Shown in pieces: positions 1 to 9,144 of a DNA stretch of 64,000 nucleotides. Where the stretch lies: contig NZ_JAJQXW010000002.1 in assembly GCF_021246445.1 (NCBI RefSeq), positions 682,001 through 746,000 on the forward strand, given 5' to 3'. Under the pieces are notes generated by a model. It made no database searches. It saw only the letters and a list, made by a program, of their open reading frames with translations, and was not told the origin of the DNA. The stretch is from Rhabdothermincola salaria. Its GTDB lineage: Bacteria > Actinomycetota > Acidimicrobiia > Acidimicrobiales > Acidimicrobilacustridaceae. The translations under genes were made by a program, and so were the position numbers. Numbering within the stretch: the stretch's first letter is position 1; every line of letters begins with the position of its first letter.

Positions 1-4
1 GGAG

Positions 5-1609
5 GTGGCGCGCGAGGTGCAACCCGGCGACGCCCGCCTCTACGAGCTGATCTGGCGCCGCACCGTGGCCAGCCAGATGAACGACGCCATCGGCGAGACC
101 GTCACCGTGCGCCTCGGTGCGCTCACCGGGTCGGGGCGCGATGCCGAGTTCTCCGCCGCCGGCACCGTCATCACCGATCGCGGCTGGATGCAGGTGGAGC
201 CGTGGCGCAGCGACGACGACGAGGAGCGCCGCCTCCCGGCCCTCACCGCCGGCGACGCGCTCGACGCCAGCGACCTGTCGGCCGAGGGCCACACCACCAA
301 GGCCCCCGCTCGCTTCACCGAGGCCAGCCTGGTGGCCAAGCTCGAGGAGATCGGCGTCGGCCGTCCCTCCACCTACGCCTCCATCATGGAGACCATCCAG
401 AACCGCGGGTACGTGTGGAAGAAGGGGTCGGCGCTGGTGCCGAGCTGGACCGCCTTCGCCGTCACCACCATGCTCGAACGCCACTTCGCCGAACTGGTCG
501 ACTACGGCTTCACCCGCGAGCTCGAGGAGGTCCTCGACGCCATCTCGGTGGGTGACGCCGAGATGGTGCCCACCCTCGAGGACTTCTACTTCGGACCGAG
601 GGAGACGAGTGGTGAGCGCCACGGCGGCCTGCGCGACCTCGTCACCGACCGGCTGCCGGAGATCGACGCGGCGGCCATCAACACCTTCCCCATCGGCGAG
701 GACCCTGCCGGGGTGCCGGTGGTGGCCAAGCCGGGCCGCTACGGCCCGTACGTGCAGCGCGGCACCGACACCGCCAGCATCCCCGACGACCTGCCCCCTG
801 CCGACCTCGACGTGGAGCACGCCCTCGAGCTGCTGGCCATGCCCAAGGGCGGCAAGCCCCTCGGCGAGGACCCCGACACGGGCCTCACGGTGCTGGTGAT
901 GAACGGGCGGTTCGGTCCCTACGTCCAGCTCGGCGAGGTCGACGACGATCCCGACGGAAAGCCCAAGCGGGCGTCGCTGTTCGCCGGGATGGACCCCCAG
1001 ACGATCGAGCTCGACGAGGCCCTGCGCCTGCTGTCACTGCCCCGGGTGGTGGGCACGGCCCCCGACGGCGACGTCATCACCGCCCAGAACGGCAAGTTCG
1101 GTCCCTACCTCACCAAGGGCGCCGACGGGAAGGACAGCCGCAGCCTGGGTGCCGAGGAGGAGCTCTTCACCGTCACCCTCGACGAGGCGCTGAAGCTCTT
1201 CGCCGAGCCCAAGCGTCGAGGCCGGGCCGCCCCCAAGCCCCCGTTGGCCGAGCTCGGGCCCGACCCGGTCACCGGCAAGCCGATGGTGGTCAAGGACGGC
1301 CGGTTCGGCCCCTACGTGACCGACGGCGAGACCAACGCCTCGTTGCGGGTCGGCGACGAACCGTCCAGCCTCAGCCCGGAGCGTGGCGCCGAGCTCCTGC
1401 AGACCCGACGCGACGCCGTGGCCAACGGCGAGGTGGGCCTGAAGAAGAAGCCGGCGAAGAAGCGAGCCACCAAGGCCGGCGCCAAGAAGAAGGCCACGAA
1501 GAAGAAGGCCACCAAGAAGAAGGCTGCGGGCGACGGGGTGAGCTCCACCGTCAGCCGCACCGTGGGGGCCCGCGCCCGCCCCGCCAAGAAGGCTCCACCG
1601 GAGCGCTGA
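5..1609 (+). CDS. topA: DNA topoisomerase I, C-terminal part (5' end outside window)
   Basis: LYELIWRRTVASQM, FTEASLVAKLEEIGVGRPSTYASI, repeated Topo-C GRYGPY/GRFGPY motifs and a Lys-rich tail typical of actinobacterial TopA. Confidence 0.97.
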   Translation: MAREVQPGDARLYELIWRRTVASQMNDAIGETVTVRLGALTGSGRDAEFSAAGTVITDRGWMQVEPWRSDDDEERRLPALTAGDALDASDLSAEGHTTKAPARFTEASLVAKLEEIGVGRPSTYASIMETIQNRGYVWKKGSALVPSWTAFAVTTMLERHFAELVDYGFTRELEEVLDAISVGDAEMVPTLEDFYFGPRETSGERHGGLRDLVTDRLPEIDAAAINTFPIGEDPAGVPVVAKPGRYGPYVQRGTDTASIPDDLPPADLDVEHALELLAMPKGGKPLGEDPDTGLTVLVMNGRFGPYVQLGEVDDDPDGKPKRASLFAGMDPQTIELDEALRLLSLPRVVGTAPDGDVITAQNGKFGPYLTKGADGKDSRSLGAEEELFTVTLDEALKLFAEPKRRGRAAPKPPLAELGPDPVTGKPMVVKDGRFGPYVTDGETNASLRVGDEPSSLSPERGAELLQTRRDAVANGEVGLKKKPAKKRATKAGAKKKATKKKATKKKAAGDGVSSTVSRTVGARARPAKKAPPER

Positions 1610-1672
1610 GGCGGGAGGCGACGATGGTCGTGGGTGCCCGAACGGCCTCCGACGCGCCCCTAAGGTGAGCCG

Positions 1673-3226
1673 GTGGCCGTGCCGCGCCCTCAGTCCGAGC
1701 CGTTCGAAGAGCCCGATCGCGGCCCCGATCAGATGCCCCTGCCCGGCGTCGCCGACCTGGCCGCCACCCTGGCCGAGCACCCCGACACCGAGACGCACTT
1801 CCCGCCGTCGGCGCAGGATCGCCCGGGATGGCACGTTCGGCTCTTCGGTTCCCACGAGTTCTTCCGCCTGTGGCTGGTGCAGCTCATCTCCGCCACCGGT
1901 GACTGGCTGGCCTTCTCGGCCATCATCGTGTTGGCCACCAAGGTCGGCGGTGGGGCCGGTGCCGGGGCGGTGTCGCTGGTGATGGCGGCCCGCATCGTGC
2001 CCGGCTTCGTCTTCGGCCCCATCGCCGGGGTGCTGGTCGATCGGTGGGACCGCAAGAAGGTGATGGTCGTCTGCAACCTCGGGCGAGCGGTCATCGTGGG
2101 GCTGTTGCCGTTCGTCGACAGCGTGCTCATGTTGGTCGTGGCCTCCCTCGCGCTCGAGGTGATGACCCTGCTCTGGTCGCCCGCCAAGGAGGCCGAGGTG
2201 CCCAACCTCGTCCCCCACGACCACCTCACCACGGCCAACTCGTTGTCGCTCGCCGCCGCCTATGGCACGTTCCCGTTCGCGTCGGCCCTCTTCGCCCTGC
2301 TCGCCGGTGTCTCGGTGTGGGTGGGCGCCATCCCCGGTCTGGCCTTTCTCGAGAACAACCAGATGGCCCTGGCCTTCTACGTCGACGTGCTGGCCCTGCT
2401 GGTGGCCGCCTGGATGATCAGCCGACTCCCGTTGGGTGGCCGTCGTTCCTCGAACCGGCCCCTCGACGCGGCCGACGCGGTGCAGGCCGAGCGGGCCGTG
2501 GGCGCCGCTCTCAAGGAGACCCTCGCCGACCTCGCCGAGGGCTGGCGCGAGATCGCCGCCAACCACACCATCCGCGCGGTGAACCTGGGTCTGGCCACCG
2601 GGCTCATCGGCGGCGGCATGCTCATCCCCCTCGGTGCCGTCTTCTCCACCGACGTGCTCGACGCGGGGGTGGCCGGCTACGGCGTGTTCACCACCGCGCT
2701 GGGGGTCGGGGTGGCGGTCGGGGCCGTCGGCGTCTCGATGTTGCAGAAGCGACTGCCCCAGGCCCGGGTGTTCACCGCCGCACTGGTCTTCGCCGGGGTG
2801 GCGCTGTTCGCCGCCGCCTCGTCGTCGGGGCTGTGGGTGGCCGCCGGCTTCGTGGCGCTCATGGGGGTCTGCGTCGGGCCGGTCTACGTGCTCGGCTTCT
2901 CGCTGCTGCACCAGAACGTGCCCGACGACCTGCGGGGCCGGGTCTTCAGCTCGCTCACCACCCTGGTGCGGCTGTGCGTGCTCATCTCCATGGTGGCCGG
3001 CCCCTTGTTGGCCGCAGTGCTCGGTCGTCTGTCCGAGGCCTTGGTCGGCGGCGAGCTCGACGTCCTCGGGCTGCAGCTGGCCGTCCCGGGGGTCCGGCTG
3101 GCCCTGTGGCTGGCCGCGGTCATCATCGTCGGCGCCGGGCTGGCCGCGTGGGCATCGCTGCGGGCCGGTGAGCGGGCGTCGCGGGCCCAGTCGTCTGCGC
3201 ACCCCTCCGGGCACGGTCACCGGTGA
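1673..3226 (+). CDS. MFS transporter (H+ antiporter/MFS_3-like)
   Basis: About 12 hydrophobic segments, motif A GVLVDRWDRKK, C-terminal VPDDLRGRVFS; TAAGGT 6 nt upstream of GTG. Confidence 0.9.
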   Translation: MAVPRPQSEPFEEPDRGPDQMPLPGVADLAATLAEHPDTETHFPPSAQDRPGWHVRLFGSHEFFRLWLVQLISATGDWLAFSAIIVLATKVGGGAGAGAVSLVMAARIVPGFVFGPIAGVLVDRWDRKKVMVVCNLGRAVIVGLLPFVDSVLMLVVASLALEVMTLLWSPAKEAEVPNLVPHDHLTTANSLSLAAAYGTFPFASALFALLAGVSVWVGAIPGLAFLENNQMALAFYVDVLALLVAAWMISRLPLGGRRSSNRPLDAADAVQAERAVGAALKETLADLAEGWREIAANHTIRAVNLGLATGLIGGGMLIPLGAVFSTDVLDAGVAGYGVFTTALGVGVAVGAVGVSMLQKRLPQARVFTAALVFAGVALFAAASSSGLWVAAGFVALMGVCVGPVYVLGFSLLHQNVPDDLRGRVFSSLTTLVRLCVLISMVAGPLLAAVLGRLSEALVGGELDVLGLQLAVPGVRLALWLAAVIIVGAGLAAWASLRAGERASRAQSSAHPSGHGHR

Positions 3227-3843
3227 CCGCCCCCGTGGAGGGTCGCTTCATCGCCTTCGAGGGCGGCGAGGCCTGCGGCAAGAGCACCCAGGCCCGCCTT
3301 CTCGCCGACGCGCTGGGGGCGGTGCTCACCCGTGAGCCCGGCGGCACCGCCATCGGCGCCCAGCTGAGGGCGCTGATGCTGTCACCCGACACCCACGCTC
3401 TCGACGACCGGGCCGAGGCGTTGCTCATGGCCGCCGACCGGGCCCAGCACGTGGCCGAGGTCGTGCGCCCGGCGCTGGCCGCCGGCCGCCACGTGGTCAC
3501 CGACCGCTACGCGGGCTCGTCCGTCGCCTACCAGGGCTATGGGCGGGGGCTGCCTCCCGACGAGGTCCAGTCGCTCTCGCAGTGGGCCACTGCGGGGTGC
3601 TGGCCCGACCTCGTGGTCGTGCTGGTCGTGCCCCCGTCGGTGTCCGTTCTGCGCCTCGGCGGCGAGCACGATCGGATGGAGGCCGCCGGCGACGAGTTCC
3701 ACGCCCGGGTCCTCGACGGCTTCCTGCGCCAGGCCGAGGCCCGGCCCGACCGTTGGGTGGTCCTCGACGGCGACCGGCCCGTCGACGAGGTCCACCACGC
3801 CGTGCGGGCCGTCGTGCGCGAGCGGCTACAACTGCTCCCATGA
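3223..3843 (+). CDS. tmk: Thymidylate kinase
   Basis: FIAFEGGEACGKSTQ P-loop, TREPGGT, VTDRY..SSVAYQG; GTGA overlap with MFS stop. Confidence 0.96.
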   Translation: MTAPVEGRFIAFEGGEACGKSTQARLLADALGAVLTREPGGTAIGAQLRALMLSPDTHALDDRAEALLMAADRAQHVAEVVRPALAAGRHVVTDRYAGSSVAYQGYGRGLPPDEVQSLSQWATAGCWPDLVVVLVVPPSVSVLRLGGEHDRMEAAGDEFHARVLDGFLRQAEARPDRWVVLDGDRPVDEVHHAVRAVVRERLQLLP

Positions 3844-4934
3844 CGTCGTTGTCCGAGCAGCCCGTGCTGAGCGCCGAGGCCGAGGGGGTCGACCTGTGGG
3901 CCGACGTCGTCGGCCAGGACGCGACCGTGGCCGAGCTGCGGGCCGCGGTCGACGCCCCGGTGCACGCCTACCTGCTGGTGGGGCCCCGAGGCAGCGGCAA
4001 GCGGGCCCTGGCGGCCGCCTTCGCCGCCGCGCTGCTCTCACGCGACCGGGTGGGCCCGGACGCGGCCCGCCACGCCCGCCTGGCCCTGGCCGAGGCCCAC
4101 CCCGACCTCACCGTGATCGAACGCAAGGGCGCCTCGATCTCGGTGGAGCAGGCCGACGAGATCATCGCCGCCGCCTGGCGGGCTTCGGTCGAGGGCGGAC
4201 CCAAGGTCCTGGTCCTCGACGAGTTCCACCTCGTCACGTCAGCCGGTCCCAAGCTGCTCAAGTCGATCGAGGAACCGCCGGCGGGCACGGTCTTCGTGGT
4301 GCTGGCCGAGCAGCTCACCGCCGACCTCGTCACCATCGCCAGCCGCTGCGTGCGAATCGACGTTCCGGCCGTGGACGACGCCGCCGTGGCCGAGCGGCTG
4401 GTGGCCGAGGGCGTCGACCCCGAGCGCGCCGCCGATGCGGCCGCCGCCGCGGTGGGCGATCTGCGCCGGGCCCGGCTGTTGGCCACCGACGACCGCGTGG
4501 CGCTGCGCCGCCGCGCCTGGCACGCCGTGCCCGACCGCCTCGACGGCACCGGTGGTCGGGCGGTGGAGGCGGCCGACGAGCTGCTGGCCATGATCACCGA
4601 CGCCATGGCCCCTCTGGCCGAGGCTCAGGCCGCCGAGCTGGCCGAGCTCGAGGAGCGGGTCAAGGCCCGGGGAGAGCGGGGGTCCGGGCGGGCCGACCTG
4701 GTGGCCCGCCACAAGCGCGAGGAGCGTCGCTATCGCACCGACGAGATCCGTGCCGGCCTCACCGAGCTGGCCCGTCGGTATCGCGACGAGCTGACCGTCG
4801 CCGCCCGCCCCCAGGCTTCGCTGGCAGCCATCGACGCCGTCACCGAGCTGGCCGACGAACTGGTGCGCAACCCCAACGAGCGCCTCCAGCTGGTGGCCCT
4901 GTTCGTCCGCCTCAGCAACCTCGACACCCGCTAG
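3840..4934 (+). CDS. holB: DNA polymerase III subunit delta'
   Basis: VVGQD, HAYLLVGPRGSGK, HPDL, LLKSIEEPP, TIASRC; ATGA overlap with tmk; conserved tmk-holB order. Confidence 0.88.
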   Translation: MTSLSEQPVLSAEAEGVDLWADVVGQDATVAELRAAVDAPVHAYLLVGPRGSGKRALAAAFAAALLSRDRVGPDAARHARLALAEAHPDLTVIERKGASISVEQADEIIAAAWRASVEGGPKVLVLDEFHLVTSAGPKLLKSIEEPPAGTVFVVLAEQLTADLVTIASRCVRIDVPAVDDAAVAERLVAEGVDPERAADAAAAAVGDLRRARLLATDDRVALRRRAWHAVPDRLDGTGGRAVEAADELLAMITDAMAPLAEAQAAELAELEERVKARGERGSGRADLVARHKREERRYRTDEIRAGLTELARRYRDELTVAARPQASLAAIDAVTELADELVRNPNERLQLVALFVRLSNLDTR

Positions 4935-5024
4935 GCCGGTCGAGGAGCGTCCGCGGGGCGGTCGTCGTCCGCCCGCCACGGGCTGGTCCCGACGCCGGGG
5001 CGGGGCGCTACCATCGTCGGACCC

Positions 5025-5100
5025 GCCCGGGTAGCTCAGTCGGCAGAGCAGCTCACTCGTAATGAGCAGGTCAGGAGTTCGATTCTCCTCTCGGGCTCCA
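5025..5100 (+). tRNA. tRNA-Thr (anticodon CGT)
   Basis: Cloverleaf: acceptor GCCCGGG/CTCGGGC, D-arm GCTC/GAGC, anticodon arm GCTCA-CTCGTAA-TGAGC, T-arm AGGAG-TTCGATT-CTCCT, encoded CCA; TACCAT -10 at 5009-5014. Confidence 0.97.
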
Positions 5101-5157
5101 ACAGATCCCCCGCTCCGGGCAAGGGGTCCCTCGTGACCGAGCGGCCCGAGCCGTGCC

Positions 5158-6282
5158 TCACGTGGTCGGCCCCGGCGTCTCGCTCAGCTGGTCGACGAGG
5201 GCGTCGTAGGTAGCGGCCACGGTGGGCCAGGCGAAGCGGGCGACGTGGGCCCGGGCCGCGCCGGCGGCGGCGCGGCGGCCCTCGTGGTCGGTGAGGGCGG
5301 TGCGCAACGACCGCACCAGGTCGTCCTCGTCGTCGTAGAGGTACGGCTCGGGGGTGGGGACGAGCTCGGGGTAGGCGAGGCGCCGGGGGAGGACCGCCGA
5401 CGCGCCGGCGGCCATGGCCTCCACCACCGCGATGCCGAAGAACTCGTGCCGGGCGGTGCTCACGACCACGTCGGCCCGGCCGATGAGGTCGACGTAGCCG
5501 GCCCGGTCGGCGGTGCCGAAGTGCACGATCCGTGGCCCGAGCCGGTCGCGCGCCTCGGCGAAGGCGGGAGGAACCACCCGGAAGCTCTCGCCGGCGACGG
5601 CGACCTCGAAGGCGACCCCTTGGTCGGCCAGCGCGTGCAGCGCGGCGAAGAAGTCCTCCGGAGCCTTGTCGTACTCCCAACGGTGGTTCCAGAGCACCAA
5701 GGGCACCCGGTCGGGGTCCGGCGGGCGGTCGGGGAGGACGAACAGCTCGGCGTCGACGCCGATGGGCACCACCGTCGAACGAGCCGCCACCTCGTCCAAC
5801 CGGTGGTCGTGGCGGCGATCCGGGAAGCGGGACAGGAAGTCCGGCAGGGCGTCGAGGACCTCCGTGCGGTGGAACTCGGAGTTGAACACCACCCGGTCGG
5901 CGGCGGCCATGCTCAGCCAGTTGGTCATGGCGTAGGTGTGATCCGGGGGACCCTCGCGGGGCGGGGGGTAGGTCAGCTGGTTCTCGTGGAAGTACACGAC
6001 GACGGGAACGCCGGCGAGCGATCGCCGGGCCATCCCGAGCATGGCCGGCACGTGCACCATCTCGCTCACGACGAGCACGTCGGGGCGGCCATGGAGGGCT
6101 ACGTGCCCGTCGACCTGTTCGGCCATGGTCAGCGCCGCGCCCTGCATCCGCCACTTCCACGACGTGCCGGGATGCGTGACCACGGTGACGTCGTGACCGC
6201 TGTGGGCGGCCAGCCCCTCGGCCCACGCCCGGTGCGATGCGGTGGCGTAGGGCTCGCAGAGGAGGACCCGTCGACGGGTCAC
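5158..6282 (-). CDS. GT4-like glycosyltransferase with DUF3524 N-terminus (GTDC1/QTMAN-like)
   Basis: EPY..SHRAW, WKWRM, YFHENQLTYP, WNHRWEYDK, STARHEFFGIAVVEA. Confidence 0.85.
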   Translation of the reverse strand: MTRRRVLLCEPYATASHRAWAEGLAAHSGHDVTVVTHPGTSWKWRMQGAALTMAEQVDGHVALHGRPDVLVVSEMVHVPAMLGMARRSLAGVPVVVYFHENQLTYPPPREGPPDHTYAMTNWLSMAAADRVVFNSEFHRTEVLDALPDFLSRFPDRRHDHRLDEVAARSTVVPIGVDAELFVLPDRPPDPDRVPLVLWNHRWEYDKAPEDFFAALHALADQGVAFEVAVAGESFRVVPPAFAEARDRLGPRIVHFGTADRAGYVDLIGRADVVVSTARHEFFGIAVVEAMAAGASAVLPRRLAYPELVPTPEPYLYDDEDDLVRSLRTALTDHEGRRAAAGAARAHVARFAWPTVAATYDALVDQLSETPGPTT

Positions 6283-6842
6283 GAACCCGTCGGGGTCGGT
6301 CCCTCGGGGACATCACCCGCACCGCCGTCGAGCGGTTCGAGCACGAAGAGCCGGATCGTCCTCGAGGTGACCCGCTCCTGGTAGGCGCGGTAGCCGCCGT
6401 AGATGCCGGCCGAGGCGGCCCAGATCCGCTCGCGCTCGTCGTCGGTGGCGGGCCGGGCCCGTGCCCGGACCGATCGCTGCCGGTACTCCACGGTGGCCTC
6501 GGGGTCGGCCTCCAGGTTGAGCACCCACGCCGGGGTGGAGGGCTGCCCGAAGTTGGTGCCCAACAGGGTGAGGTCGTCGTCGAGGGGCACCGAGATGAGG
6601 GGCGTGCTGCGGGGTCGGCCGCTGCGCCGCCCGGTCGTGGTGACGGTGAGCACCGGGAGGCCGGCGAGCACGCCCGGCAGGCTGGCGCGGCCCCGGGTGA
6701 GGCGGTGGGTGAGACGGTCGAGCGGGGGCAGCAACCGGGCGAACAGCCAGGCCCCGGGTCGGGTGGACGCGCCCGACTGCACCAGGCGCTGCACGACGTT
6801 GGGTGGCTGGTGGCGGTAACCGAGGTCGCGGCACAGGCCCAT
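6279..6842 (-). CDS. Deazaflavin (F420)-dependent nitroreductase-family oxidoreductase (DDN-like)
   Basis: LTVTTTGRRSGRPRSTPL, NFGQPSTPAWVLNLEADP, YRAYQ..RTIRLFVLE. Confidence 0.88.
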   Translation of the reverse strand: MGLCRDLGYRHQPPNVVQRLVQSGASTRPGAWLFARLLPPLDRLTHRLTRGRASLPGVLAGLPVLTVTTTGRRSGRPRSTPLISVPLDDDLTLLGTNFGQPSTPAWVLNLEADPEATVEYRQRSVRARARPATDDERERIWAASAGIYGGYRAYQERVTSRTIRLFVLEPLDGGAGDVPEGPTPTGS

Positions 6843-6937
6843 GGACCCGAAAGCTAGCCACTGCCGGGCGTCGGAGGGGCGGCCGGGTCGGCCCCGGCCG
6901 AGGGGTGGTCGGCACGGATCGCTGCTAGAACGGATCG

Positions 6938-7579
6938 ATGGCCGACCAGGCGACGTTCGCGGACCAGGCGATGGAGTACATGCCGTCGCTCTACGCGGCC
7001 GCTGTGCGCATGACGCGCAACCCCTCCGATGCCGAGGACCTGGTGCAGGAGACGTACCTCAAGGCCTACCGAGGGTTCGGCGGGTTCCAGGAGGGCACCA
7101 ACCTCAAGGCCTGGCTGTACCGCATCCTCACCAACACGTTCATCAACTCGTACCGCTCCAAGAAGCGCCGGCCCGACGAGACCGAGCTGGACGAGGTCGA
7201 GGACCTCTACCTCTACCGCCGCCTCGGTGGGCTGGAGGCCGCTCAGGCCGGCCGCAGCGCCGAGGACGAGCTCATGGACTGGTTCACCGACACCGAGGTG
7301 AAGGACGCCATCGAGGCCCTCCCCGAGCAGTTCCGCCTGGCCGTGCTGCTGGCCGACGTCGAGGGGTTCTCCTACAAGGAGATCGCCGAGATCCTCGACA
7401 TCCCCATCGGTACCGTCATGAGCCGCCTGCACCGGGGAAGAAAGTCGCTGCAGAAGGCGTTGTACGAGTTCGCCCTCGAACGTGGGCTCACCGGTCGTCG
7501 GCCCAGTGTCGACGACACCGCCCCGACGGACGACCGCGAACCGGCGCACACCGGTTCGTCCCGCACCGACGACGAATGA
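6938..7579 (+). CDS. ECF sigma factor, SigR/SigH-like (thiol stress)
   Basis: [67 protein letters not shown]; followed by a ZAS anti-sigma. Confidence 0.92.
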   Translation: MADQATFADQAMEYMPSLYAAAVRMTRNPSDAEDLVQETYLKAYRGFGGFQEGTNLKAWLYRILTNTFINSYRSKKRRPDETELDEVEDLYLYRRLGGLEAAQAGRSAEDELMDWFTDTEVKDAIEALPEQFRLAVLLADVEGFSYKEIAEILDIPIGTVMSRLHRGRKSLQKALYEFALERGLTGRRPSVDDTAPTDDREPAHTGSSRTDDE

Positions 7580-7884
7580 CGGACATGGCCGACCACCACC
7601 ACCACGACGACCGGCCCACCGACTGCGAGGAAGCCCTCGCGGAGATCTACACGTTCCTCGACGGCGAGCTCACCGAGGCCAAGCGCACCGCCATCGCCTC
7701 CCACCTCGAGGGCTGCAACCCGTGCGTGGAGGTCTTCGACTTCGAGGCCGAGCTGCGCATGGTCATCTCCACCAAGGCCACCGAGCCGGTGCCCGAGTCG
7801 CTGCGGCTGCGGATCTCCAAGACGCTGCTGTCGTTCGGCGGCGACGAAGCCACCGACGACGACGACGACCGCGCCGCCTTCTGA
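7576..7884 (+). CDS. Zinc-binding anti-sigma factor, RsrA/RshA-like
   Basis: [21 protein letters not shown] (HxxxCxxC); ATGA overlap with sigma stop. Confidence 0.9.
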   Translation: MTDMADHHHHDDRPTDCEEALAEIYTFLDGELTEAKRTAIASHLEGCNPCVEVFDFEAELRMVISTKATEPVPESLRLRISKTLLSFGGDEATDDDDDRAAF

Positions 7885-7916
7885 GTTCGCCGCCCCAGGC
7901 CCTAGGATCGATCCTC

Positions 7917-8048
7917 ATGGAACTCCTGTCCGTGGTCTGGTCCTACTGGATCGGCGTCGCTCTCGTCGTGCCGGCCATCCTCCTCGTCGTCGGCATCATC
8001 GGCATGTACGTCTACAAGGTCGTCGTCCCCCGCTACCCCAAGCGCTGA
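7917..8048 (+). CDS. Small (43 aa) single-pass membrane protein, unknown function
   Basis: MELLSVVWSYWIGVALVVPAILLVVGIIGMYVYKVVVPRYPKR; G/C third positions; TAGGAT 8 nt upstream; fills the gap before the zincin gene. Confidence 0.7.
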   Translation: MELLSVVWSYWIGVALVVPAILLVVGIIGMYVYKVVVPRYPKR

Positions 8049-8055
8049 GGCGACG

Positions 8056-9129
8056 ATGGCCGGAGCAGTCGACTGGGCCTTCGCCGAGAAGGTCGCCGTC
8101 CGCGTCGCCGGCCGTGAGCCCTTCGCCCTCTCCTACCACCACGACTCGCTGGCCCCGGACTTCGCCCGCTTCACGGCCCAGGCCGAGGAACTGGTCGAGG
8201 CCGAGACCGGCCTGCGGTCCCTGGCCGGTCCCGCTCGCGCCCGGGTGACCGACCGACCGGGGTGGGTGCGGGCCAACCTGGCCTCGTTCCAGCGGCTGCT
8301 GCGGCCCCTCCTCGACCGCTTCGGCGAACGGGTCGACTCCTCGCCCCTCGCCCCGGTCACCACCCGTCTCGCCGGGGCCGAGCTGGGCATGATGCTCGGT
8401 TGGATGAGCACCCGGGTGCTGGGCCAGTACGACCTGTTGGTCATCGAGGAGGAGAACCCCCACGAACAGGACCTCGTGTACTACGTGGGCCCCAACGTGC
8501 TGTCGATCGAGAAGCAGTTCGCCTTCCCGCCCGGTGAGTTCCGGTTGTGGTTGGCCCTGCACGAGGTGACCCACCGGGCCCAGTTCACGGGCGTCCCCTG
8601 GTTGCGCGAGCACTTCATCGGGTTGGTCCACCAGACCCTCGAGGCGGTCGAGCCCGACCCCCAGCGCCTCTTCGACGCCCTCGGGCAGCTCACCGAGTCG
8701 CTGCGCGCCGGGCGCAACCCGCTCGCCGACGGTGGCATCGCCACGCTGTTGGCCGGGCCCGAGCAGCGGGCCGTGCTCGACCAGGTCACCGGTCTCATGA
8801 GCCTGCTCGAGGGCCACGGTGACATCACCATGGACCGCGCGGGACAGGGCCTGGTCCCCAGCGCCGACCGCTTCGGGCGCGCCCTCCGCCAGCGCCGCCA
8901 GTCGGCGTCGGGGCTGGCCAAGCTGCTCCAGCAGATCATCGGGCTCGAGGCCAAGCTCAACCAGTACGCCGAGGGGGAGGCCTTCATCGAGGCCGTCGAG
9001 CGCCGGGGTGGCCCCGAGCTGTTGCACCGGGCCTGGGACGATCCGGGCAACCTCCCCAGCCGGGCCGAGATCCGCGAACCGCAGCTCTGGATCGATCGGG
9101 TGGGCGACCGCCTCTCGGCCGTCGGCTGA
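8056..9129 (+). CDS. Zinc-dependent metalloprotease-like protein (DUF2342/zincin, Rv3626c-like)
   Basis: VLGQYD, WLALHEVTHRAQF (HExxH), MSLLEGHGD, KLNQYAEG; upstream of tilS as in other actinobacteria. Confidence 0.88.
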   Translation: MAGAVDWAFAEKVAVRVAGREPFALSYHHDSLAPDFARFTAQAEELVEAETGLRSLAGPARARVTDRPGWVRANLASFQRLLRPLLDRFGERVDSSPLAPVTTRLAGAELGMMLGWMSTRVLGQYDLLVIEEENPHEQDLVYYVGPNVLSIEKQFAFPPGEFRLWLALHEVTHRAQFTGVPWLREHFIGLVHQTLEAVEPDPQRLFDALGQLTESLRAGRNPLADGGIATLLAGPEQRAVLDQVTGLMSLLEGHGDITMDRAGQGLVPSADRFGRALRQRRQSASGLAKLLQQIIGLEAKLNQYAEGEAFIEAVERRGGPELLHRAWDDPGNLPSRAEIREPQLWIDRVGDRLSAVG

Positions 9130-9144
9130 CGAGGCGTCGGCGCC

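Noticed and set aside
5025..5160. tRNA-Thr as an integration site for an island
   Set aside because: No integrase, no repeat of the tRNA 3' end seen, and no compositional shift
6845..6937. SigR/SigH autoregulatory promoter (GGAA-N18-GTT)
   Set aside because: No convincing match seen upstream of the sigma gene
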